NCBI GenBank assembly: GCA_964640655.1
Contig: CAZXFT010000007.1
Coordinates: 42,753-106,752 of the forward strand
Direction of reading: 5' to 3'
DNA from: an uncultured Bifidobacteriaceae bacterium
GTDB lineage: Bacteria > Bacteroidota > Bacteroidia > Chitinophagales > UBA10324
Length of the DNA stretch: 64,000 nucleotides
The position numbers were made by a program, and so were the translations under genes. The stretch's first letter is position 1. Every line of letters starts with the position of its first letter. Positions 20,225-28,700 of the stretch are shown piece after piece. Under the pieces are notes generated by a model that saw only the letters and a list, made by a program, of their open reading frames with translations, ran no database searches and had not been told where the DNA came from.

Positions 20225-22465
20225 TTATTCGTAGTCCTGCTGCAGGATTTTTTCTATGGAATTATTATACAAATCTTTCCATTCATCCACATCACCAAAC
20301 TCCTGTTCATCAATAACCAAGTTACCACTAGTTACGTGACCAAGAGAGACAAACTCTATTTCGGTATTCATTAAATATTTGATGAAAGCATCTTCTTTGC
20401 TGCGGCTTACACTTACCACCACACGGCTTTGCGATTCGCCAAACAGGTATGCATCTTTTCTAAAATCTGTATCGGTGCTGATGTCGAAGCCCAATTCACC
20501 GGGCATAGCACTTTCAAGCAAAGCCACAAACAAACCTCCATCGGAACAGTCGTGTGCACTTTCAATCAATCCCTGTTGAATGATTTCATATAAATGTTTT
20601 TGTAACAACAATTCTTCGTCCATGTTAAAGTAAGGGGCTGGAGATTCTTTGATGTTGCGCACATTTGTGAGGTACTCGCTGCTTGCAATATCGTTGGTTA
20701 CCACACCCAGTAGATAGATACGGTCTAAAGGATTCTTGAAGTTTAAAGTCATGCGCTTGCTCATATCATCTATCACACCTACCATTCCTATTGTAGGAGT
20801 TGGAAACACAGGTCCATCATCAGTGGACTGGTTATAGAAACTGACATTACCTCCGGTAACAGGAGTATCTATAGCGCGGCAGGCATCTCCCATTCCTTGA
20901 ATAGCTTCAACGAATTGCCAGTACACGTGCGGATTATATGGATTGCCAAAGTTTAAACAATTGGTAACCGCAGCCGGACGGCCACCGCTACATACAATGT
21001 TGCGTGCCGCTTCGCTCACGGCTATCAATGCACCGGTGTAAGGTTGTGCAAATACATAACGTGAGTTGCAATCAACGGTAACAGCCAACGCCTTGTTGGA
21101 GTCTTTGATACGTATTACAGCCGCATCGCTCGGAGCATTGGTAGAAGTATTATTAATGCCCACCATAGAATCGTACTGCTCGTATATCCAGCGCTTGGAT
21201 GCCACGTTAGGCAACTGCACCAGCTTGCGCGCCATCACCTTATAGTCAATAGGCACGCGTATATCATCAGGATTAAAGTTTTCCAGTTCGTCTATATAAG
21301 AGGGTTGTTCATACTCGCGCTCGTAAACGGGAGCACCACCACCAAGCACCAGCACATCGGCTGGCACATCGGCAACCAGTTCGCCGTTGAAATAATATTC
21401 TAAAAATCGTGTATCGGTAACTTCACCTATCTGAACACAATTCAAGTCCCATTTGTCAAAAACATCCTGCACCAGTTTTTCTTTTCCTTTCTCTACCACC
21501 ACCAACATACGCTCTTGCGATTCGGAGAGCAATATTTCAAAAGGCTTCATGTTCTCTTGGCGTGTAGGTACTCGGTCTAAGTATATTTTCATGCCGCTTT
21601 CGCCTTTGGCGCTCATCTCTGAGGTAGAACAAGTAATACCTGCAGCACCCATGTCCTGCATGCCTATAATGGCGCCGGTGTTGATGGCTTCCAATGTAGC
21701 TTCCAGCAAAAGTTTTTCCTGAAATGGATCACCCACTTGCACGCTGGGCAATTTTTCTGCACTCTCTTCGGTGATGTCGGCCGAAGCAAACGTGGCACCG
21801 TGTATGCCGTCTTTGCCTGTTGCAGAGCCAACGATAAATACCGGATTGCCCACACCTTTGGCTATTGCCGAAACGGTTTTTCCTTTTTCAACAATGCCTA
21901 CACTCATGGCATTCACCAAAGGATTGGTATGAAAAGATTCATCGAAAAATACCTCGCCGGCAACGGTGGGAACCCCGAAGGCATTACCGTAGTCGCCAAT
22001 GCCTTTAACCACGCCGCGCAACAAATGTCTGGTGCGGCTCTCGTTCAGGTTACCGAAACGCAAGGAGTTCAGCGCCGCTATGGGACGCGCTCCCATGGTA
22101 AATATATCTCTATGAATGCCCCCTACTCCGGTTGCGGCCCCCTGATAAGGTTCAATGGCCGAGGGGTGATTATGACTTTCTATCTTGAAAGCACAGGCCA
22201 GATTATTACCTATGTCTATGAGGCCGGCATTTTCCTCGCCTGCTTTGCTAAGCAGAAGTCCACCTTCGCGCGGCAATGTTTTCAGCCACTTGATAGAGTT
22301 TTTATAGGAGCAGTGCTCGCTCCACATCACCGAGAAAATGCTCAGCTCCGTAAAGTTGGGATTGCGACCCAGTATGTCCACTATGTTATTGAATTCTTCT
22401 TCGCTTAATCCCAGTTTAGCAGCTGTTTCTACTCCGGGTAATGTCTCATTGATGGTTTGACTCAT
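20225..22465 (-). CDS. purL: phosphoribosylformylglycinamidine synthase subunit PurL
   Basis: 746 aa, with [28 protein letters not shown] and duplicated AIR-synthase-like domains. Confidence 0.92.
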   Translation of the reverse strand: MSQTINETLPGVETAAKLGLSEEEFNNIVDILGRNPNFTELSIFSVMWSEHCSYKNSIKWLKTLPREGGLLLSKAGEENAGLIDIGNNLACAFKIESHNHPSAIEPYQGAATGVGGIHRDIFTMGARPIAALNSLRFGNLNESRTRHLLRGVVKGIGDYGNAFGVPTVAGEVFFDESFHTNPLVNAMSVGIVEKGKTVSAIAKGVGNPVFIVGSATGKDGIHGATFASADITEESAEKLPSVQVGDPFQEKLLLEATLEAINTGAIIGMQDMGAAGITCSTSEMSAKGESGMKIYLDRVPTRQENMKPFEILLSESQERMLVVVEKGKEKLVQDVFDKWDLNCVQIGEVTDTRFLEYYFNGELVADVPADVLVLGGGAPVYEREYEQPSYIDELENFNPDDIRVPIDYKVMARKLVQLPNVASKRWIYEQYDSMVGINNTSTNAPSDAAVIRIKDSNKALAVTVDCNSRYVFAQPYTGALIAVSEAARNIVCSGGRPAAVTNCLNFGNPYNPHVYWQFVEAIQGMGDACRAIDTPVTGGNVSFYNQSTDDGPVFPTPTIGMVGVIDDMSKRMTLNFKNPLDRIYLLGVVTNDIASSEYLTNVRNIKESPAPYFNMDEELLLQKHLYEIIQQGLIESAHDCSDGGLFVALLESAMPGELGFDISTDTDFRKDAYLFGESQSRVVVSVSRSKEDAFIKYLMNTEIEFVSLGHVTSGNLVIDEQEFGDVDEWKDLYNNSIEKILQQDYE

Positions 22466-22502
22466 GGTTTTTGTTTAAAAAAAATATAAAATGAATGAGG
22501 CA

Positions 22503-22510
22503 CAAAAGTA
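22503..22510 (-). promoter_or_regulatory. candidate Bacteroidota -7 box (TACTTTTG) for purL
   Basis: Minus-strand TACTTTTG matches TAnnTTTG and sits 38 nt upstream of the purL ATG. This spacing matches the other boxes found in this window. No clear -33 TTG. Confidence 0.4.
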
Positions 22511-22687
22511 AGGCGGGCAGAATATTTAGGAGGGGAAGAATGTGCGGCTGAATTTTGGAACGAGTGCCATGTTATTTGTGAAGTAATGTGGATGGTTGAA
22601 GTATGTACAACAGATGATGATGTTGCTACAGGGAAGGAAATGCTTTACTTCACTTCCTTATATCTACAACTACAGCATACTTAACTG

Positions 22688-22703
22688 CATACATATATAT
22701 ATG
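22688..22703. repeat. left copy of the flanking 16-bp direct repeat CATACATATATATATG (inside the 18-nt palindrome ATACATATATATATGTAT)
   Basis: Identical 16-mer at 22688-22703 and 23650-23665. Confidence 0.9.
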
Positions 22704-22721
22704 TATCATCCCCGGCTTTTA

Positions 22722-23253
22722 TTGAAATGCTCTTCGCTTGAATTGAACCAAGCTTAGCTTTTATTGAAAAACCCCTCGCCTAAGTTGAACCACACTCCCT
22801 TTTTATGGAAAAACCCCTTGCCTAAGTTGAACCACCCTTACCCTTTCTTGAACCAAACTCCCCTTTAATTGAAAAACACTCCCTAAAACCTGAACTAAAC
22901 TCACCCTTAGTCGAATCTGCCAAAATGTCCATTGAACGACATGAATCGGAAATTGAAGCAGTCGAAGATCGAGTTGAACGACCCGAAGATGCTTTCGAAC
23001 AACCCGACGTTTGAGTTGAACGACATGAAGGAGCTTCTGAACGACATGAATCGGAAATTGAAGCAGCTGAAGCGGAAGTTGTGTCAGTTGAAGATGCTTT
23101 TGAACGACCCGAAGATGCTTTCGAACAACATGAATCGGAAATTGAAGCAGTTGAAGCGGAAGTTGTGTCAGTTGAAGATGCTTTTGAACGACCCGAAGAT
23201 GCTTTTGAACGAGACGACGATGCTTTTGAACGAGATGACGATGCTTTCGAAAA
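22722..23253 (+). repeat. left arm of the 21-bp periodic array: 26 tandem 21-bp units with a TTGAAC-type core
   Basis: The core hexamer sits at 22722 + 21n for n = 0..25 with no indel. Variants are TTGAAA/TTGAAG/TCGAAC/CTGAAC, and degenerate units fall at 22806, 23079 and 23163. Central consensus is TTGAACGACCCGAAGATGCTT. Confidence 0.9.
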
Positions 23254-23596
23254 AATTCAGAAGCATCTTCATGTCGTTCAACGACATCTCACTGTCGTTC
23301 AGAAACTCCTTCATATCATTCACAAGCATGTGACTTTGGTTCAGAAACTCCTTATTCCGGTTCAGAAACTCCTTCATGCGGTTCAAAAACTCCTACCCTC
23401 TGTTAAATAAAAAGTGATTTTGCTTCAAAGCCAACTACCTAAGGTTCAAAAAAAAGTGAAGGTGGTTCAGAAGCCGGTTCAGGTTATTCAATTTAAAGTA
23501 AGTGAGATTCGAAAAGGGGGATGTTTTATAAAATGAAGTATCAGCGTTTTTCGACCGAAACTGTCTTATTAATATTTAGAAGTTCAAGTTTTTCAA
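23254..23596 (-). repeat. right arm of the array: about 12-16 units of 21 bp in inverted orientation (GTTCAA/GTTCAG core)
   Basis: The core is at 23276, 23297, 23318, 23339, 23360, 23381, 23402, 23423, 23444, 23464, 23485 and 23506, then decays. Positions mirror the left arm about 23253.5 (for example 23226-23231 mirrors 23276-23281). Confidence 0.85.
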
Positions 23597-23649
23597 CTTA
23601 AACAACATTGAATACTATACAACCGAAAAATGAAAATATTTAGGCGAGC

Positions 23650-23665
23650 CATACATATATATATG
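23650..23665. repeat. right copy of the flanking 16-bp direct repeat CATACATATATATATG
   Basis: Identical to 22688-22703. The two copies bracket the whole 21-bp array. Confidence 0.9.
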
Positions 23666-23707
23666 AATGTGCTGAAAAGAAATCATCCATAAAAGTCTAA
23701 GAAACAG

Positions 23708-24817
23708 TTACGATGAGTGATGGTTGGTTTGCCAACGAATTTTTGATAACGGCTTTTCAATCAGTAAATAAAAAAGCATGGAAAAAAAGATGGTGAGCAG
23801 CAAGAAGAAATATATCTTGAAATGCTGCGGCAATGGAGTGCGCAGCGCAAGGTTCAGAAAAAGCATATGAAACAGATACATACTGAAACTAATGCTGCCT
23901 ATGAAACGCAGGGGTTTAAACTCCAATATTTTTCTAATAAATCCACGGCCATATTTGGCAGCAATTAAAACTATACCCCACAGCAAAGCATAAGGGAAAT
24001 AATAAACTGATGATTGTGAATTGATGCTCTGATGAAACAACTTTTCAAAATAATAAGGGAATGAACAGAGAATAATAATCAATGACAGAGCGGCAAGTAT
24101 ATCGGCATAAAGCGGACGAATAATTTGGTGTAGTGGTTTCGTATTCCAGATTTCATAAACAGAGATAAAAGTGCCCACCAAAAACACCGGTAAAAAGCGG
24201 TAAGTTGAAATAAGCGGCAGATGAAAACTCAACTCAACAGCTATGGATGCAGCGATGAGTATCAGAAAAAAGAATAACATTTTTGTGCGCTCCCACTTCA
24301 GGTAAGTATGACAAAACCACATTAGTGCAGGTGAAAGAAAATAATACTTAAACTCAACCGGTATAGACCAAAAAACGTCCTTGCCCTTGAGTAACAGCAT
24401 GTGTAATGGTAAATCTATGAGTCGGTTTATCTTGGTCTCTATACCAAGTAGTGTAAACAATCCATAAATAAAAAGAGCTATAAGATAAAGCGGATAAATT
24501 CTTAAAAAGCGGCGAAGAAAATAATTCTTCCAATAATTGATTGATGCTTTTCGGTTATAAAAGGCTAATGCAATTTGCCTGTCTAAGAGATAAGCCGACA
24601 AGACAAAAAACAGATACACGCCAATTTTTCCGGTTTGCTTAAAATTCAATTGCTCGTGAAAAAACAATCCTGCGTTTGCCGAATGAGAGAGCAAAACCAC
24701 CAGCACCGCCAAACCGCGCAAACCATCCAAAGCTTTTAAATGGCTTTGGTTTTGATCGTGAGGTAAAAATAATTTATTTAATGTGTTTACTAGCATCTGT
24801 GCGCGTAAAGTACTCAC
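23708..24817 (-). CDS. acyltransferase family 3 membrane protein (O-acyltransferase type)
   Basis: About 10 predicted TM helices and the N-terminal signature LDGLRGLAVLVVLLSH. The listed start is GTG; an ATG 7 codons in (24796) is an alternative. Confidence 0.8.
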   Translation of the reverse strand: MSTLRAQMLVNTLNKLFLPHDQNQSHLKALDGLRGLAVLVVLLSHSANAGLFFHEQLNFKQTGKIGVYLFFVLSAYLLDRQIALAFYNRKASINYWKNYFLRRFLRIYPLYLIALFIYGLFTLLGIETKINRLIDLPLHMLLLKGKDVFWSIPVEFKYYFLSPALMWFCHTYLKWERTKMLFFFLILIAASIAVELSFHLPLISTYRFLPVFLVGTFISVYEIWNTKPLHQIIRPLYADILAALSLIIILCSFPYYFEKLFHQSINSQSSVYYFPYALLWGIVLIAAKYGRGFIRKILEFKPLRFIGSISFSMYLFHMLFLNLALRTPLPQHFKIYFFLLLTIFFSMLFYLLIEKPLSKIRWQTNHHSS

Positions 24818-24899
24818 ATAGTTAATAAATTATTATTTAGTTCAGCTGTACTAAAACTTTAGGTTACAGTGATAATATTTAAACGAAGCCTGAAAATAT

Positions 24900-25160
24900 T
24901 TAAACGTGCTGTGTGCGATACATCACATCGAGCCGGGAGCCGCCATCCTGGCAGGCTGCACCAGTCTCTTTAAGGTAGTAAGAAGCCTGAGCGCTTCGGT
25001 TTCCGCCGGCACAACAAAGCACTATGGGTTGTTGCATGGCTTTAATTTCTTCTATGCGCTGCAAAATTTACTGAAGCGGAATATGGATGCTGTCTGCCAC
25101 ATGGCCAGCGGCATATACGCCGCGCGAGCGCACATCTATGATGATTGAATTACTGTGCAT
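24900..25160 (-). pseudogene. rhodanese-domain gene remnant with an in-frame TAA (codon 31) and a shortened N-terminus
   Basis: The minus strand reads MHSNSIIIDVRSRGVYAAGHVADSIHIPLQ*ILQRIEEIKAMQQPIVLCCAGGNRSAQASYYLKETG.. The IDVR motif and active-site loop CAGGNRS are rhodanese hallmarks. The stop is at 25068-25070. Confidence 0.7.
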
Positions 25161-25337
25161 TTCTGTTAATATGATGATGATGCAAAAGTTGATGAGGTGT
25201 AGCAGATGAACGGCTACATTGGTTACAAACCCGATGAGATCTCAATTATATTTCTCAATGATACAACCGAATTCACTCTATGTAATGTTTTACAATATTT
25301 CTTGAATTTTATGTTCTGATCAGTTAAACTCCACGAT

Positions 25338-25628
25338 ATGAGAAAACCGCTTGCATTCATATTTCTATGTCTTATCCACTTTTCCTGCGGTTACACATAC
25401 AAATATAGAAAGCAACTTGAAAAAGAGTGGTTAGGAAAAAACATACACGATATAACCGCTAAATATGGAATGCCTGATTATATTAATATTAAAGACGTAC
25501 CCGGCACAACCATTTATATATATGTAGAAACCGATTTCACTCCGGATATACCACCAAACCATATCTCCAAAGATTTCTGGTTTAAGGAAGACAGTGTAGT
25601 GTACAAAGTGGAGAGCTTTAGTTGGTAG
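25338..25628 (+). CDS. small hypothetical lipoprotein
   Basis: Signal peptide with a lipobox-like LIHFSC|G. 96 aa, no other motif recognised. Confidence 0.5.
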   Translation: MRKPLAFIFLCLIHFSCGYTYKYRKQLEKEWLGKNIHDITAKYGMPDYINIKDVPGTTIYIYVETDFTPDIPPNHISKDFWFKEDSVVYKVESFSW

Positions 25629-25683
25629 ATGTAAACATGTACTGTTTCTCTTTAAGCAATTGTTAAAGACATAAATAAAAACA

Positions 25684-25716
25684 ATCGGCGCGGTGTGCTT
25701 CGCACACCGCGCCGAT
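25684..25716 (-). terminator. Rho-independent terminator after the alpha-2-macroglobulin-like gene
   Basis: 15-bp GC-rich stem ATCGGCGCGGTGTGC / GCACACCGCGCCGAT. On the minus strand it is followed by TTGTTTTTATTTAT. Confidence 0.8.
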
Positions 25717-25733
25717 ATACCAAAACCCACTCT

Positions 25734-28700
25734 TTATTTACTAATCGTTATCTGCTCGCCGGCTACCCAGTTCTTGTATTCAGAAGAGTAGTACAGGAAA
25801 ACATTGCTCGCTGCCGCTTCAAAAACACCGGGCACTTCGGCTTTTAAATCCACCGGCACCAAAAGTTTTTCTTCGGGCTTCATTTGGCGTAGATAAATCA
25901 CCAAATTATTTTCCCATATTTCGAAATAAGCAATCTTGTTTTGTTCCTGCAATGTTTTCAGTGCAGCAGCTTGAATACTTAATCCTGCAGGAATACCGAT
26001 AATTGCTGTTGTTGAAGGTTTACCTTCGTTTCGCAGGTTTTCAATTTCTACATTCATACGTACCATATCCCCTACTCTGCATTGTTTGGTATTTAAAGAA
26101 GTTTGCAATTGCACATCGCAATCTTCTGATGAAGGAGGTAATCCAATGTTATAAGTAACATTTACGCTATAAGGCAAAGCCACTTTGCAACCCTTGTATT
26201 TAATCTTTAGGTTATGCGAACCTTCTTTCACAAACTTTTCCAAACCTTTTATTTCAATGGTACCGTTCTCACCGGCTTTGAAACTTGCTTCGCCAATAGC
26301 TTCATCGTTCAGGTAAACGGTAATGGTTCCCGATTCGGCTGTGCGTTTAGAGAACAAACTGAATTTGCTCAATGCTTTCAGTGCTAAAATAGTAGCCTGC
26401 GTGTTGCCCCAGTCGCCATAGCCGCTGCGCGCGTTTACTAAGTACGAGGCAGCTTTTTCTGTTTTCACATAATCAGGATTGTTGCTTTGCATCATAGCCA
26501 GTAAACTCAGTGAGGTAGTTTCAACATCCAGTCCCTGACCGGTGGAACAGGTAATACTCTGCTTGGCACCTTTCATAGCCCCATCAGCACTTTGCGATTT
26601 CACCAGTTTTTCGAGAACAGTGTTGGCGCGGGATAAATCTTTTTTGTTATACAATGTATTGGCAACCAATGCCAGCACATAAGGGTCGCTCGAAGCCAGA
26701 GCAGTTTGGTAGGCATAGTCCACTTCTTTTTGAATATCGCCATATCCGGCTTCACTTAGTGCATAAGTAATATACACATTGGTTACTTCTTCGCTGGCGC
26801 GGCCAAAATAATCGAGTGCCTTGCCATCTCTTAAATATCCGCCTTTACCATCGCGACGTGCCATCAGCCAATCGGCAGTGCGCTTAATCATACTTTCGTC
26901 AACACCGCTGTATAACTTCTTGTATTCGTTAAACTGCATCAGTCCGTATGCAGTAAGGGCCTCGTGACCCGGTGCAGAACCAAACCATTCGTAACCTTTT
27001 TGTTTGGTTTCAAATGTTACCAGCTTGTTGTATCCTTCGGTTAAAAGTTCTTTAGCCTGAGCATATACTTTCTCGTCGCCGGTTTCGCTGTTCTTCAGAT
27101 AATCCATAATCATGGCATTAGGATAAGAACTCATACTTGTTTGTTCAAAACATCCACCCGGCCGGCGAAGTAATCCGCTGATGCCTTGAAGTATGGTGCT
27201 TACTGTGGAAGGATATGCAGTTAAAGAAACTTTCATAGAACCGGGTAAGGCATCTTTGATTCGTAATGAAAAGGTGCGGTCCAGGTCGCGGCCACTAAAG
27301 CTTTGCTGCACCGGAAAGCCGCGCGATTCCACTTTAACGGGTACAGTGGTTTCATCGCTGAAATCGCTGCTCATAAATGATAGTAATAATGTATCGTTCA
27401 TTTGAACCTGCTGTGCCGTGAAGCGGCGATACACCACCTGCGCTGTTTGCGGTGCTATGCTCAATGTGGTATCGGCAACAGCAGATGCAAAAACCTGCTC
27501 ATTGAACTTCACACTCAGTTTACCGGATAATGTTTTTGATGAATTGTTCTTTACAATCACCGGTAAACTCAGCACATCACCCGAAGTTAAAGTGCCGGGA
27601 GTTTTAGAACTGATGGTAACAGGTAATTGGGTGAAGATGAGTTTTTCGCCTCTGCCTGCCAGTCCGCTGTTGGAAACACCTTCTGCAATTATTTTGAATG
27701 AAGTAATTAAATCGTTGGTGGGGAATTCAAAAACTGCTTTACCATCCAAATCAGTTTCAATGGCATGTTTAAAAAATAAAGTAGAGGCAAAATCAGTACG
27801 GGTGTAGTTTGATGATGCACTGTATTTCCTAACCGGAAACTCACGTGATCTGTAATAGGTCGTTACTTTAATCTGATTATTTTCTACGATGCTGTCGAAC
27901 TTAAACAAACCTTTAACACGATTATCAGCAACAACGATTTCTTCATCCTTTAAATTCTTACTTTCATCGTCCTTTACTTGCTCAACGTTCTTCACAGGGA
28001 CCTTATTCTGAGCTGTTTCTTTATGCTTAATCACATTTCTTGAATGTTGGGGTGCACCAAACATTACTGCATCCTCATTAACCATCATATTCATTTGAGG
28101 CACCAATTGAATGTTTTTATGCCTCACACCAACATTCTCCACTACCACTTCTTCAAGCATATAATTTTTAGAATAAAGCCACACGGTATTGTTTGAAGTG
28201 TAGGATGTTACCTGAACACTGCCCGGGTTATAATTACCTGCTGTAATAGTAAACACAGCAGTTTCATACAAGTCAATATTGGTGAATAACGCTTTACCAT
28301 TTTTATCTGTCTGATAAACCGACCCGCTGTTATTTAGTTTTAATTGTGCATCTGGTATGGGCTTGCCGGTATTACCATCAACAACCTGAATAGAGAATGT
28401 AGCCAACTCACCTTCTTTTTTAACTAATGGTATTTCTTTATTTAAAACCTGCTTCCAGGTAAAGCGTCTCCATCCGGAGGTCATCATAACTAAGTCTAAG
28501 GCTGCTGTGGACTTGGCCTCGCTCTTATCGAAATAAAAATTAGGTTCGTCAATCTTTTCTTTAAGGTCGTATTCCAAAAGCATAGCTGATAAAAGGTTGC
28601 TTGATTTATCATCAGCATAACTCAGCAGTTGATCGTTCACCACCTTGGCAGAAACAATGGCCGGAATGGGGTTTCCGTTTTCATCAAGTGTGCGAACGGT

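Noticed and set aside
21737-22408. 223-aa plus-strand ORF
   Set aside because: It lies entirely antisense within the strongly supported purL gene. Its composition is typical of a shadow ORF.
22466-22690. Purine or ZTP-type riboswitch upstream of purL
   Set aside because: I could not find the conserved pfl/ZTP or purine-riboswitch core sequences by eye. Only a weak AAGGAA/TTCCTT hairpin is present.
22932-23386. ORFs 22932-23333 (+), 23081-23410 (+) and 23168-23386 (-) as three independent protein genes
   Set aside because: All three overlap in different frames and strands of the same 21-bp repeat. Their openness follows from the stop-poor repeat unit. Only the frame-2 reading is kept as a low-probability hypothesis in the findings.
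22688-23665. CRISPR array or replication origin as the explanation for the periodic region
   Set aside because: The units are contiguous 21-mers with no unique spacers, and no cas genes are nearby. No cluster of DnaA boxes (TTATCCACA) is present; only isolated 7-8/9 matches occur elsewhere (for example 25372-25380).
23012-25070. Stop-codon reassignment suggested by two in-frame stops (TGA at 23012, TAA at 25068)
   Set aside because: About 50 other genes in the window end normally on TAA, TAG or TGA at the lengths expected for their families. Pseudogenisation or non-coding status is the simpler explanation.
24906-25148. 80-aa plus-strand ORF
   Set aside because: The opposite strand carries clear rhodanese motifs (IDVR, CAGGNRS). 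The plus-strand ORF is its antisense shadow.
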